Positions 1 through 16,658 of a DNA stretch of 64,000 nt are shown in pieces. Each line of letters opens with the position of its first letter. Positions within the stretch are counted from its first letter, which is position 1. The DNA is from the human T2T-CHM13v2.0 reference genome, Homo sapiens. The notes beneath the pieces were generated by a model that saw only the letters and a list, made by a program, of their open reading frames with translations, was not told the DNA's origin and did not search any database. The position numbers were made by a program, and so were the translations under genes. Where the stretch lies: assembly GCF_009914755.1 (NCBI RefSeq), contig NC_060926.1; one strand, written 5' to 3'.

Positions 1-273
1 GCCTTCCAGAAAGTTTGTAATAATTTACATTCCTGCCTTCTCATTCCTGCATCAACACTTTAATTTTTCCCAACATTTCAAAATTTTGTTAGAAAAGTTA
101 AATCTTACTGTTTCATATTTTATTACCAATAAAGTTGATTATTTTTTCATATGTTTCTTGCCTGTCTGTAGTTCTTCTTTTGGAACGCTTAGTCCATACC
201 ATTAGTCTAATTTTTCTATCAGTGTGTTGGATTTTTTCTTTATTTGTAAGAGCTCTTTATGTATAAGGCTGTT

Positions 274-405
274 GGCCGAATCTAGTGGCTCAGCCTGTAA
301 TCCCAAAACTTTAGGACTCAGAGGCAAGGCAGGAGGATCCCTTGAACCCAGGTGTTCGAGACCAGCGTAGGCAACAGAGTGAGACCCTATCTCAAAACCA
401 ACAAA
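274..405 (+). mobile_element. Alu monomer (FLAM-like) within an old L1-like fragment
   Basis: ggctcagcctgtaatccc...gagaccctatctcaaaa; flanks resemble antisense L1 3' sequence. Confidence 0.7.
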
Positions 406-1016
406 CAATTTATCTTATGTTGCAAATATTTTTCTTCATATGCCTTTAAACTTTATATATTTTTTTAATTCAATGAGGATTTACACTTTCATACAGGTAG
501 ATTGATTTATGTTCTCCTTTGTGGTTTATTCCCTCACTTATGTGTTTACAAAGGCCTTCCTTCACCCAAGTTAAGGTAAATATTCAGCATATTTCCTTGC
601 TGTGGTTAAGAGATGTGAGAAGATACTATGAGAGACTCACTATGTTCACAACTTTTTCCAGTTAAATGAAGTCTTCCCACGTTTCCTAATCACTCACATT
701 AAGCATATAGAATGGATTAATTTTAAATCTGAATATAAAACTAATTGCACAGCATGTTTCACTGCTCTTCTTACTGCCTACCTGGGGCACAGTCTCTTTG
801 GCCTGAGTGGTCTCTTCAGTTTTTAACGAGTGGCTCCACAATTCCTTAGGAAGAGCTGCTCTCTTCTGTCTCCCTGGTGGTCGTAATTTCGCCCACACCT
901 GCCCCGTCTTTGCTCTGCAGCTCCACACTCCCTCAGCCCCGCCGAGAGCTCCTGGCTCCCGTCTCCAGGTTACCCCAGGTCACCACAGCCACCTCTCTGC
1001 ACCAGCGGCCCGCTCA

Positions 1017-1502
<486 letters not shown>

Positions 1503-4385
1503 TCAATCCTCAGGGCTGAAGCTCTCACGATTAATTAAAATTAAATCTCCAGTGCAGCTGGAAAAAGAAAGGCTGCTGCTCGGCGCCCTCGCTGCGCCCG
1601 CCTGCCGGGGTCGGACGTCGGCGATGCTGTGGCTCCAGGTGCTGTGTGCCGCTGGCTGGGAAGGGGAGAAAGGGCAGGCTTAGCTGAGGGGGAGAAATGC
1701 GGCTTTCAGATCCTTTCATCCTTCGGGAGGGAGCCCGGGAAAGAGAGTGAAGGGGAAGAGGAGATGCGGTTGCAGTTTTCCACAGAACCAAGAGAATAAA
1801 CGATTTGAAAAAATAAACTCAGGCCCACCTCCGTCTCACCTCCCACTCCCCACCCAAGAATCAAGGGGAAAGATCATCTTTACCAGGTTTGAGACCTGAT
1901 CCATTTCAGCTGAGCTGCATAGCGAGTCCAGAAGAGGATCTTTCCTTGAAGGGTGCACGCTTCCTGCAAGATGCATCTGTAGGTGTTTGAGATCATGTCC
2001 TGTAGTTCATTCCTTGTGCAGGAGGGTGAGCCCTCTGAGGATGGGGAAAATTTCTCGTCTGTGTTATGGTGCCCAGTAACAGTGATTTATTATTCAGATC
2101 TGCTCCTTATTTTTCATCTTGCTTCCCGCTCTGAACCCACCAGAGTGAGATTACACCTGGACTGGCCTACTGAGACTTCACCCTAAGAACTTGGTCGAAT
2201 GTGCCAGTTGCTGTGGTCTTAACAATCCAGATGGGATGCTATTTCTAAGGCTGTTGTCAGAGTGTTGCATTTTCCCCGGACAGGTATTAAAATAATATAA
2301 AGGCAAATAAATGCCATCATCCTTTTGTTGGACCTACCACCTAGGATTCACAAAGCCAATTGGAAATGGGTCTGGTTGACAGAGGAATCAGACCATCACT
2401 TCCTCCACCAGGTCCCACCCACCAGCGAGGCTGCAGTTCTTGTTGGACAGCTACACTTCCCTGTTGCTCCATCCTCTTGTCCTTCTCTGATCTCTTTTTA
2501 GAATCACTTCTCCCTCTATCTTTGTTGCTGACAGATTCAAATCTACACTCGTTAAAGAAAGGAATAAATCTCCTGGTTACCATTTGCTAGATAGTTTATC
2601 CAGGAATCACTTAACTCTACTACTTAAGTCAATTCTGTAGTTAGGACCAAATTTTTAAAATTACAACGCCATCACCTCCTTTAAAACAAAGTAAATTCAA
2701 ACAGGAAAGCTCAAAGTGTTGTTGCAGAAACATATAACTCCTCTTGGTTTGATCCCAATGACAAGGTGTTTTTTTTTAAGGAAAAGAAATATTGATTCAG
2801 TTCTGAGGGGTATCTTATTCAAGAGAAGTCCAGACTTTCTTTCTTGTGGGTGGGGACACTTTAAATTCTTTTAAATGATAACTTTATTGAAGATATAACT
2901 TAACATGATTTATGCCCTGGTCTGGACCTATAGATTCTTAGAGGTGTGCCAGGGTGGGTCAGTGGGAAGCTGGCTGTGCTGCAGCTTCCGTGTGGCTGCT
3001 GAGCGGACTGAGAGTGGGATTCTGATGTCTTCCAGTGAAACAGGGACTGGGGCCTGCAAACCGGTTATGCCTACTGAGGATGACAAGGTGCCATTCCTCA
3101 GCTGCAAGGAAGTTGCAGGATGAACAGTCAGAAGGCGATTTTTCATGATCCAGGCAGAACCTGCAATTAAGAGAGCTTTGGGGTCTCTTCAAGCGATCTT
3201 TCGTTTAAAATTAGGAGGCATGATCTCTTTGCCTCTGCCTCTGACCTCTGTCAGGGTTTGAAAGTCCACTAATCCGCTAAGTTCCAGGCCAAAAGGCCTG
3301 GAAGCAGAGCAATAGATCTGCTGCTTGGAAGCTCTTTGTTTTGAAATTTTAGTTCTGCCTCTGGTTGAGGCATCTCTTCCGAAGGCAACCACGCCATGCT
3401 GCACTGACCACTCCTTTGGTTGAATCAAATGCTGCTCTTCCCTGTGCTCTGCGTCACTGCCCTCTTTGTCCTGGGGAAAAAGGCATTCCTGTGGCCAAGG
3501 TCCTCCCACACCCCCGAACCTCTCCCCACAGCTCTGTCATACCCCATTAGCAATGACTGCCTTCAGCTTCCCACCCCTCCCCCACCCCATCTGCCTGGTA
3601 ACTTTATTTTCTCCCCTCTGCAAAGCAGCTGCTAGCTCAGACTGACAGGGGCTTGTGGGATTCTCGACATTTAGACTCCCAGAATCTCAGTGCTGAGAGA
3701 ATGTCAGTGAAGCATCTGGTCCTGCCCCTACCTTGAAGCAAAACTACCTAGCAATTGTGCCATAACAAGGCATATAAAGGAGCTTATTGATGTCTTTTTA
3801 TTAAACTTCTCCTTAGTCTCAGGCTTTCACAAAAAATAAGCTACTCCTGAGTTGCTACCACTTCACCCAGTCACTTAAAAAGATTTATCGAGCATCTATT
3901 TGTTGGCCTACTTCTATGGTACCACTTCATAGGGCTTGAAGTCTAGTAGAAGAGCTATGCAATAAATAAGTAAAAGAAAAATAAATAATGACAAATGTTG
4001 GTAAGCCTTACACAGGAAACAAGCTGTTGTGATAAAGAATAATGAGAGGCAGAGCAGGGAGTCAAGTTTTTAGTTCGGGTGTCAAGAAGGGCTCAGAGGA
4101 GGAAACATTTGAACAAGGACTCAAAAAAACAAAAACGGGCACAGGAAGAGGCGGGGTGGAGCAGCAGAGCAGCAAGATAGACAGCAGTTAAGAAGACCTC
4201 AAGCATTTGGAAGCATTTGGTGCTCTTGAGGAAGAAATACACAGCCAGTGTGATTGGAGCATAGTACCCCTACTATGGTGGTACAGATGGGGTGGCAGGA
4301 TGGGGAGGTCCTTAGGCCACATGGACTTCCACATGTATAACAGTAGGAAGTTACAGGAGGATTTTAAGCAGAAAACAGCCTGATT

Positions 4386-4815
4386 TTCTTTTTTATTTTT
4401 ATTTATTTATTTGACATGGAGTCTGGCTCTGTATCCCAGGCTGGAGTGCAGTGGCAGCGATCTCGGCTCACTGCAGCCTCTGCCTCCCAGGTTCAAACAA
4501 TTCTCCTGCCTCAGCCTTCCGAGAAGCTGAGACGACAGGTGCGCGCTGCCACGCCTGACCATCTGATTTTCTTTATGTTTTAAAAAGATGTTTCTGGCTG
4601 GGTGGCTCATGCCTGGAATCCCAGCACTTTGGGAGGTGAAACCCCATCTCTACTAAAAATACAAAAATTAGCCGGGTGTGGTGGCACACGCCTGTAATCT
4701 CATCTACTCGGTAGGAGAATCAGGTGGGGGAGGTGGGGGTTGCAGGAAGCTGAGATTGTGCCACTGCAGTCCAGCCTGGGTGACAGAGTGAGACTCTGTC
4801 TCAAAAAATTAAAAA
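4386..4815. mobile_element. Minus-strand Alu right arm (4386-4570) next to a plus-strand Alu with an internal deletion (4597-4815)
   Basis: Alu consensus blocks in both orientations. Confidence 0.85.
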
Positions 4816-4994
4816 AATTAAGTAAAAGATGTTGCTTACTGCTGAGTGAGGAATTGATTGGAAGGCAGCAAGAGTGGAAGCTGGAAGATAGGAGCATTTT
4901 TTTTAGAACCACAGTTAAGAGACAGTGGCCTCCTAGACCAGAGGGGAAGCAGTGGAGATGGGAAAGTTGGGTGGATGAATTTAAGAATTATCTG

Positions 4995-5302
<308 letters not shown>

Positions 5303-5455
5303 GAATTATCTGGATAATTTTTTTCAAGAGTGGCTTAAAAGCAGTTATTCTAAGCACGAGTTCCAGAGTATGAGCATGTTCTTAAAAACCTGTTTTCCCT
5401 CCTACAATGACCAAGAGTACAGAGCTAATGGTTGATTGAAGCTAACACTCTGTAA

Positions 5456-5768
<313 letters not shown>

Positions 5769-7283
5769 GTTAATAATCTTTAGACTGGAAGTGGAAGTGG
5801 AAGATGGGCACAGCTTAACTGCCAGAGAAAAGAACAAAGTCCTCTCTCTTCTCTCAAGTCTATTGATTAAAGCCTTGGAAATTGGGTAAAATTTTCTTTT
5901 AACCTCTCTCTTGTGAAATCTAAAAGGAAGGAGAAATGTTTAGAACCTGCTTCTCAGATCAAATACTTACAGCATAATAAAGTATACAAAAATGGGGAAG
6001 AGAATCAAGCCTTTCTTTCTTAACAGTTGTTTATGTCATATTTCTGGTAAGACATTTTCTCTTCTGTGTCCTATGAAGTCAACAAGTACATACTGACTTT
6101 GTACTACATGTCCAGCCCTGGGGTTTTCCCATTGGTGGTTAAGAAGAAGAGTAAGACAGTTCCTAAACTCTAGAAGTTTGTTATCTACCTAGAAAGATGA
6201 ATGAAAACTCATGATGCCATCTATAATCTATACAATGATATGAAATGCTGCATAATTAAGTATTAAGTGTATGGTTCAGATGGCAAATGCTATTAAATTA
6301 CAAATAGAAGGAGGCAAAAGAAAGGGAATAGAAACTAATATTTATGAAGTGTCAGTCACATATTAGGCATTTTATACTGGGCCATTCATTGAATTCTCAC
6401 CATACACCTGCAACACAGGGTTAGGGTGGGAGGAGAGGACGTGGGGGCTGGGGTAGTCACAGAAGGGGACGTGAGCGAATGAGTCTGTCTTGAGCCAGGC
6501 TTGAAAGATGTGGAGAAGCGTGACAAAGATGAAGAAACCAACATAAGCACATGTGTTGAGTAGTCACGTTGCGGGAAAGGGAAGGGGGAAAATTGCTACT
6601 GAATCCTAGGGTGGGGTGCAAATACGGAGAGCCTCAAACACCAGACAGGCCTTCAGATATATTTTAGTCAGTAATGGCAAGACAAAATAAAAATATTGTT
6701 TTGTTTTGTTTATTAATCACCATTAATATGGTAAAAAATGGTAGAGGAATGTCTTCCATTTTAGAATGTCTTCCAGTTTAGAGGAAGTAGTATGAAGGCT
6801 GTATTCTGGCATATGGTGGTAGTAGAAATTCAAATGAACAAATTAACAAAAAGATTTCATAGGAATGACTAGCAGGACTTAGAGACTAATTATTATTAGG
6901 TATATGGAAATATGTCCTTAATATAGGAAATGGGTTCATCAAAGAACATTCTAGAAGTTTATAGATCTTTGCATAAATGTTGGCGGGTAGTATGGCACAA
7001 TGAAAATAACATGGGCTTTGAAATTAGCAAACCTGGGTGTCAGTTCCAGCCCCACCACTATACTAGCTATGTAAGCTTGAGCAAATTTCTCCTCTAAATG
7101 GGAATAATAAAGGTACCTACTTCACTGGTTTGCTGTGAATATTGAACAATACGATTATTGTAAAGTACTTAGAGCAGCACTTGGCACACAATAAACATCC
7201 AATAAGTTTCTGTTGTTACTATTATTCAGTCCAAGTGTCCTCTTCTGCAAAATAATACTTGCTTCATAAAATTGTTGTACCTA

Positions 7284-7904
<621 letters not shown>

Positions 7905-7959
7905 CTAGAACAACTATGCAATATATAGCACATAGTGTTGCTTAATAAATATTTACTGA

Positions 7960-8085
7960 AGCTGGGCACAGTTGCACATGACTGTAGTCCCAGCTACTCA
8001 GGAGGCTGAGGTGAGAGGATTGCTTGAGCCTAGGAGTTCAAGTCAAGCCTGGGCAACATAGAAAGACCCCATCTCTAAAAATAAA
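7960..8085 (+). mobile_element. Alu monomer (FLAM-like)
   Basis: tgtagtcccagctactcaggaggctgag...gaccccatctctaaaa. Confidence 0.75.
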
Positions 8086-8830
8086 TGAATACGTAAATAT
8101 TTTTTGAATGTGTAATTCAGTGAGATAATGCATGTACTGTATAATCAACACAGAACCTACCAAATTACACAATCGGTAAATTCCATAAATGTTGTGGTGT
8201 TTCCTTCTTTATCCCTTTCTCCTTTCCTTTCCCCCTTCTCCTTTTTTCTCGGTAACACTGAGAGGTTCTCTGCTGTAAATAAAGATGAGTTTGGTTTGAA
8301 CATGCTTTGCTAAATAATTCAATTAGAAAATATTCGCCAGGCTATTGGAGATACAATCTTGAGATCTACATTTGGGCGTTCTTGGCATAGAAGTGGTCCT
8401 ACAGCTGTGTGCAGGAAGGCTGTATATTTTAACAAGAGGAACAGAGTGTGCTGTTGAGAATAGAGGACAATGAATTAAGAATCGGGCCTAGAAAACACTG
8501 GCAATTATGGGTTGGAGAAAGCAGATAAGGGAGCAAAAGAAACAGAAGGAAGGTTTGAGAGGTAAAAGAGAATGAGAGTAGAAAGTTAAAGGAGGTGAGG
8601 GAAGGTTCAAGAAAGATTTGGGAATTAGTGGAATCAACAGCTTTGGTGTGACAAGGAGAATAAGAATGGTGAAGTGGTCACTGTGATCACATCAGGGACT
8701 TTCAAGACTGTTTCTCACCAAAATGAGTGGATCTGTCATCAAATGAAGGAGAAATAGGGTTTTGGACAGCAAACAACAGAACCAAAAAACCAAAAACCAT
8801 CAGCTGTTCACTGCAGCTACTACCACTTGA

Positions 8831-9159
<329 letters not shown>

Positions 9160-9744
9160 TTGACTTCTTCTAAATCTTGGTGGGGAAATCCTGGACTTTA
9201 GAGTTATGCAAGTATAGAATTAAACCCAAGTTCTCTCACTGCTATATTTAACGCGTTGAACCTAATAGGTCAAGTGTGGAAAATAAGACCTACCTGTCAA
9301 GCTTGTTGAGAGATGCAAGTAAGAGAACATCTATAAAGAGTTTACCTTACAGCCTGACACATAAGGCTCAATAAATGCTAATTTCCTGGCCTATTTCTCA
9401 TCTTTGCAAGTGACTTGCGCGTGTGCGTGCGTGCATGTGTGTGTGTCTGTGTGTGTACAGAGGTTGGGAGTGGGGAGAAAGGGCAGAAGATTGCAGGATG
9501 AACTGGATATGAGTGGCTATAAACTATTTGATAGAAAAGCTTGGTTGGAGAAAAATGAGATTATCAGAGAGAGTAAAGTGGCAAGGTAAAGTTATTTTTT
9601 TCTAGATAAGGAACTCTGAGTTTGAAGGCAAAGGGGAAAGAGCCAGTAGAAGGAAGTTGGAGCTATTGGAGAAGGAGGAAATCAAAGATGAGGAAGAGAT
9701 GGGGATCAAGAGTCAAGTTGGGGTGGTCAAAGAAAATACCTGTT

Positions 9745-10227
9745 TTCAGACCACTCATGCTGGGGAAGGCCAGCCACTGTTGTAAGGACACTCAGATGGC
9801 CCATGGAGAGGCCCATGTGGAGAGAAACTGAGTCAGCATTACATGAGTGAACCATCTTGGAAGCAGATCTAGCCTCATTCAAGCCTTCAGATGACTGCAG
9901 CCCTGACATCTTTAGAGATCTTGAAACAAAACCAGCTAAGCCACTCTCACACTTCTGACTCAGAGAAACTATTTATAGGAATCCCACAGAAATGTTGAGA
10001 AAATTCTATTCACAGAACACTAAAAGGTTCAGAAACCATAAAAACAAAAAAACACTTTTGGACCTCCAAATTCTATAGGCAGGAAGCAGGTAGAGAAGAC
10101 TACTCACCACCCAGCTAAGGCACTCCCAGTTTATTGACGCACATAATTGTGTGAGATAATAACTTTTTTATTGTTTTAAACCTTTACTTCTTGGGTGACT
10201 TGTTACATCACAACAGATAATTCATAT
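9745..10227 (+). mobile_element. MaLR (MLT1-like) LTR fragment
   Basis: Typical MLT1 motifs (gagaggcccatgtggagagaaactgag; agccttcagatgactgcagccc; acaacagataattca). Confidence 0.6.
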
Positions 10228-10342
10228 TCTTGTACTGTGACATCTGATATATTCCAGACTTGCAGGAAACTAACAGTAAAAAGGATCCCCAAATTTAGGA
10301 AAACACTGTTTTTACAGTAGCCTTGATAACAAGTAGCCACCA

Positions 10343-10363
10343 GAACTAGTTTTAAACATGTTC
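10343..10363. promoter_or_regulatory. p53 response element GAACTAGTTT-t-AAACATGTTC
   Basis: Two perfect RRRCWWGYYY half-sites with a 1-bp spacer, in TMEM169 intron 1. Confidence 0.75.
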
Positions 10364-10550
10364 AATCAACAACTGCCTAAGTGAATACATTTTTGAAAGC
10401 CATCATCAGAGTGCCAGACCCTGATTGGCCAAAAGTCAACTCACACTAGTGTGAAAGTCAGCCAAACAGGGACAGAGCCACTCACCTGATTGACTTTCAG
10501 AAACAAAGGACTGACTGGATGGGTTAATTTCCAAAAACATGTTTGCTGAG

Positions 10551-11197
<647 letters not shown>

Positions 11198-12429
11198 CTG
11201 AGGGAGATTGTTGTTGATCAATTGAACAGGTTTAAAACTGGTTCTATTGTCTACTTACCATGACTACAAAATAACCCATCTTTTCCTAAGTTTGTGGGAA
11301 TGTTTTGTAGTCTCAAAGGATAGTGTTCTAATTGTAGGGAGATGAGGAAATCATGTTTCAAGGTAAATCAAGGACAGTGTCTCTGTCCTGTGACTACTGT
11401 AAGTAGACATTGGCTGGGCACCTTTCTAAAATGAGCTGTGCCTGAAGCAAAAATAGCCCCCCTAAGGTGAATAGCCAGGAGCTCACCCTTTACATTTCAT
11501 ATTTCTTGTCTAAGGTTTTAATGGGATGTTCAAAAGTCATCTCTCTTTTTGCCTCTGATAGGATTGTCCCTCTCCTCCATCAGCCAACAAGATGACCATG
11601 TTTATCTTTTATATTCCCAAGAGACTCCAAAGCTTCTCTTAGCTACTATTTTCTGTACTAGTCTGTCCCTGGGCTCAGGAAGCTCTTCCTGTTATCTAAC
11701 ATTGGCCTCTCCCATTGTGCCCAACCAAATCAAGAGTGTCGAACACTATACCTTTTTATGTTTTTTTTTAATTAAATTAATTCTTTTTTTGAGTGATTCG
11801 CCCACCTTGATCTCCCAAAGTGCTGGGATTACAGGCATGAGCCACCGCACTTGGCCACTTTTTAATGTTTATAAGGCCCATTAATAAGGGTCATCATCTC
11901 CATGCATGTGTTCACTTTGCCCTGCCACATCTTCCTAGAGCACCACCCCCTCAACAAAGAGAGAGGAAAAGGGAACAAGAAGTATGAGATTTGCAACTTG
12001 CCTTCTCACGTGTACTCTTTAACATTTCTGTCTCCCTTCTGAACATCTTGGTACATCTTTAAAGAAGGAGTAAGGAGTACAGAACATAAACCTTCTCCCA
12101 GCTCTGAAGCTCTGGTCCTTTAATCTCCTCGGGGTCTCAACCCCTAGTTTGAAAATTCATGCTGTATAGAAGGGCCAAAGAAGGCCCTTCACAAGCTGCC
12201 TCAGAAAACAACAGAGAGAAACAGATGATCTAAGTAGGAAAACACGGTGGATTAGGGTGGCCTCCCAAGCTGTGATCATTGCACCTTCAAGTAAGTACAA
12301 AGTGGTTTGTTCAGAGGTCATTCCTACCATAGAATTACCATGATGCAGCTTTCTGAGTGTCAGTGTATAAGAGGACTTGGACCAGGGAAAACATTTTTGT
12401 ATTAAACATAGACACTTAGAGAGTAGAAT

Positions 12430-12562
12430 TACAAATGTATGTATATACACATTTGTATATAAATATACATATGTATAAGTACATATATAGATATACATAT
12501 ATATGTATATCCTGGAACTTAACGTAATAATGAAGTGTGTGTGTGTGTGTGTGTGTGTATAC
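12430..12562. repeat. (TA/CA)-rich stretch and (TG)n microsatellite
   Basis: Directly visible dinucleotide runs. Confidence 0.85.
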
Positions 12563-14491
12563 ATATAAAATCTTCACCTGGGGGTGGATTGCATTCAGCC
12601 TCCCCATTCAGTTTCCTCTGGGTAGAGGTCCACTGTCCTCTGTGTAGAAGCCACTTTGGTAGAAGAGCCCTGGTCAAGCTCATCAATGCCCAAGGCCTGC
12701 TCAGCATTCTAATGGTTGGATTAATTGTCCTCTGGAGCTATTTACCTTGGGAGGGCTCTCTCCCCTGCTTCTTCTTGTGTACATCCTTGTACTTTTAGAC
12801 ACCTCAGCCAAATGAATCTCCTGGTCCAGAAAGCTCCATGGATAAGAATTTAAAGATAATGGCTTTCATTCTGCCCCTAGTACACCCCCTAGACAAAGTC
12901 AGGCAGTGAGGACGTAGTGAAACCTGCCCATTTCATCCTGTGGATCCTACCACTAAGATTCTCAATTGTGTCGCTGGGTGCCTGATTTATTCCAGGCATT
13001 GGGTTAAGTGCCCAATTATAAAGTTAATTTAGATCCAACACCTGCCAATCCAATGGAAAGACAAAGAAAATCAACAGAGGCTAGAGGAAATACTGGGTGA
13101 GAGGGCAGCAGAGGAGAGCTCCCCTGCCTGGAGGGGGAGAAAAAGCCATTCCATTGAGCTTAAAATTTACCTAAATTTTAGAAACATTGAAATGAGAAAA
13201 AAAATATGTATTCTGGCATTTTAAGAGATATGCTATACAGTACTTCCTGTCACATGGTAATTACCAAAGATATATAAATTTGCTTCAAAATGAATGGAGC
13301 CTAGTGGAATTCTAGAGCCTAGTGGAATTTTTGCTTCTTTCTTCTCTCCACTGCCCCACTCCCATCCACTGGGCCAGAACACTAGACATTGGGAACATTT
13401 GAATACACATGAGAGAAGAAGCTTTATTATTGGAAATAAAGGGATGGCAAATGGTGTACATGTGGCAGTAAAATAAGGCTCAGAGAGCACTGAAATACAG
13501 TGAGGGATTTGGGAGTTGGGAACAAAAGTAACAGCCAGTAACCTGGAGTTGCTGAAGAGTGTACAGCCTCGAGGAGTGTGGGGCGGCAGGGTTGTGAGTA
13601 GAAGCTTGCGATTCTGAATAATATGCACAGTTATTTGAAAAGTGGGGAATTTTTTGGTAAATCGCTTGGAAACTTTTTATATCCATAGCGGGTACCACTA
13701 TAGTTCATAAGTTATTTTTCACAGTATAAATGCCAATAATATTGCATAACAGCAGGACCATTTGCCTCTTTCACTAGGATTAAAACTGGGTATGTTAAAA
13801 GTGCATGAGAGTATTCTAGCTAATAAATGAAGAAGTCAGAGAAATGGAATATCATTTTGTAACCCCCATGATTTAATGGGTATAGTCAATGGCCATTAAC
13901 GGGCTGTTAACTTCACAAAAAGAGTCAACCAGACATTAGGGGACTTCTAATGGAAGTACAAACACCACCTCTAAAATTGTCCTGCCAAACAAAACAAACC
14001 ATCAACCAAAAAAATTTCAATGTGAAATTGATCAAGACTTTCTATTTAGCTATCAACTCATAACACAGAGTTCAGAGGAACACACTGTGGGGATGCAATC
14101 AGCAAAACCCAGGCTATGAGAATCTGCAAGATAAATGACCCGCTTTCTTTAACAAATAAGTTACCAGGAAAAAAAAATGAAGGACAGATATACAGACCTG
14201 CACTGTCCAGAACAGAAAGTGGAGAGACACTGTTATTTTAAGGGGGAAAGTGAAGCCTCTCCACCGCTCTTGCAGCACGTGATAGGACACATCCCAGTAA
14301 CTTTTTGAGATTGTGGGCTGACAAGAAGCCAGGAGACAGATTTCCTTTACAGAATAGCAAGGTAGACACAGTTGGTGAGGTTGTACCATTTGAGTGGCTT
14401 GCTTAATGTTGTATTTATCCATTTGAGTATAGTTTTAATGTATGATTCAATAGCCAGAAGTCTGGAATACTGGTCCCAGCCACCTATGGTT

Positions 14492-14793
14492 CTTTTTTCT
14501 TTCTTTTTTTTTTTTTTTTTTTTTTTTTTGACAGAGTCTCGCTCCGTCACCCAGGCTGGAGTGCAGTGGTACAATCTCAGCTCACCAGGCTCAAGCAATT
14601 TTCCTGCCTCAGCCTCCTAAGTAGCTGGGATTACAGGCACCCACCACTACAACCAGCTAATTTTTGTATTTTTAGTAGAGATGGGGTTTTGCCATGTTGG
14701 CCAGGCTGGTCTCAAACTCCTGACCTCAGGTGATCCACCCGCCTCGGCCTCTCAAAGTGCTGGGATTATATGCGTGAACCACTGTGCCCAGCC
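14492..14793 (-). mobile_element. AluS with long poly-T
   Basis: Reverse consensus; cctatggttctt/cctgtggttctt flanking repeat. Confidence 0.9.
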
Positions 14794-15369
14794 TACCTGT
14801 GGTTCTTAACTCTCACCTACTGGTAAGGCTTCCTCACCCAACTTCCTTATACTCTGCATGCTCCAACTAGAGGCTGATTTATACACAAAAATCGGTAACA
14901 CAAGCAGACTATGCTAACTACTTATGTATATAAAATAAAGAAACAATAATTGTTGACTTTCATATGAATAAGGAAAATGCAAATTATGACAACAATGAGA
15001 TATAGTATTCCTTCACATGGGTTTTGCCAAATATTATATGTTTGTATAAATGACAAAAATATTACTGTAGCAAAAGTTTATTCACTGTCTATTATAAGAG
15101 ATTTAGATTGCATTCCCAAAATAAAGTATTGCAAGAAGTAAAGGGAGAGGAAGGCTTCTGCTAAGTTGAGGATCGTTTCCCACATTCCTGTCCATCTCAC
15201 CCCATTTGCTTCCTGTTGATGGCTTTGCTTTCCTATCTTTCAGGTGGAATGCATCCTTGGGACATCTTTGCATAGCCCCATCTAGGAAGAAGTTCTGTGA
15301 TGTGTGAACTGTGAGTTTACTCAAACAAGTCCAACTCTTTATAAGACATAGGTAGACGTCAGGTCTGGA

Positions 15370-15640
15370 ATGGAAGAGCCAACAGCAGTAGAAGGCCAGG
15401 TCCAGCTTCCAAGCCCCCACCAGGGCTCTCTCAGGAAGGCTGTGGCTGCTGCCCTGGCGCTGGATGGGGAATCCACAATGGGGCACAGGAAAAAGAAGAG
15501 GAAAGAGTCACGCCCAGAATCCATCATCATCTACCGCTCAGACAATGAGAAAACAGATGAGGAGCCCGGAGAATCAGAAGGTGGAGATCAGCCTAAAGAG
15601 GAGGAGGGAGATGATTTCCTAGACTATCCTGTGGATGATG
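15370..15640 (+). CDS. TMEM169: TMEM169 first coding exon (exon starts at acceptor 15244; 271 coding nt, phase 1)
   Basis: Acceptor tcctatctttcag ending 15243; MEEPTAVEGQ...DYPVDD; donor G|GTAAGT at 15641. Confidence 0.95.
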
Positions 15641-15744
15641 GTAAGTCTCTCTAGCCCACTTGTTTAAAGCCATGGGAAGGAAACCAAAAGGGCATCTTCC
15701 AGAACAGACAGGCATATGCTCACTGTCCTATTTCTTCTTGGTGA

Positions 15745-16109
<365 letters not shown>

Positions 16110-16658
16110 TGAGCACCTATTACATTTTTTTCTAGATGATACAGAAATCTCCACCCTTTCAGAATTCCTAATGAAATGGAAGAGGCTGATTTATACGCAA
16201 AAATTGGTAACACAAGCAGACTATGCTAACTACTTAATGTATGTAAAATAAACAATAATTGTTGACTTTCATATGAATAAAGAAAATTATGAGAAAATTT
16301 GCCAGAAGAAAATCATATGGCAAATTATGACAACAATGAGATATAGTATTCCTTCACATGTAGGCTTGCCGAAAATTGGGTAAAATGTGATTACATCAAT
16401 ATGAGCAAATGGATATACTTCATGCACCTTAGTGAAAGTGGAAGCCGCTTCAACCACTTTGTGGAGGAAACTTGTCAACGTTTATTAAATATTTAGTAAA
16501 ATTCACAGTTCAAAACACGCATACCTCATGACCCAGAAATTCTCAATATCTACTCCATGAAACTTATGCCCATGTTATCCTTGTATAAGGAGGCATATAT
16601 AAGAACATTTGTTGAAGCTAATGCAACCATGATGTGTTTGTATTAAGAATTATTGTGG

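Noticed and set aside
1983-2025. Possible extra TMEM169 5'UTR exon (tag|GTG...GAGG|gtgagc)
   Set aside because: Donor is plausible but the acceptor lacks a good pyrimidine tract; cannot be supported without transcript data
13297-13329. Short tandem duplication gagcctagtggaatt x2 (similar one at ~6747-6773)
   Set aside because: Ordinary slippage duplications with no functional context
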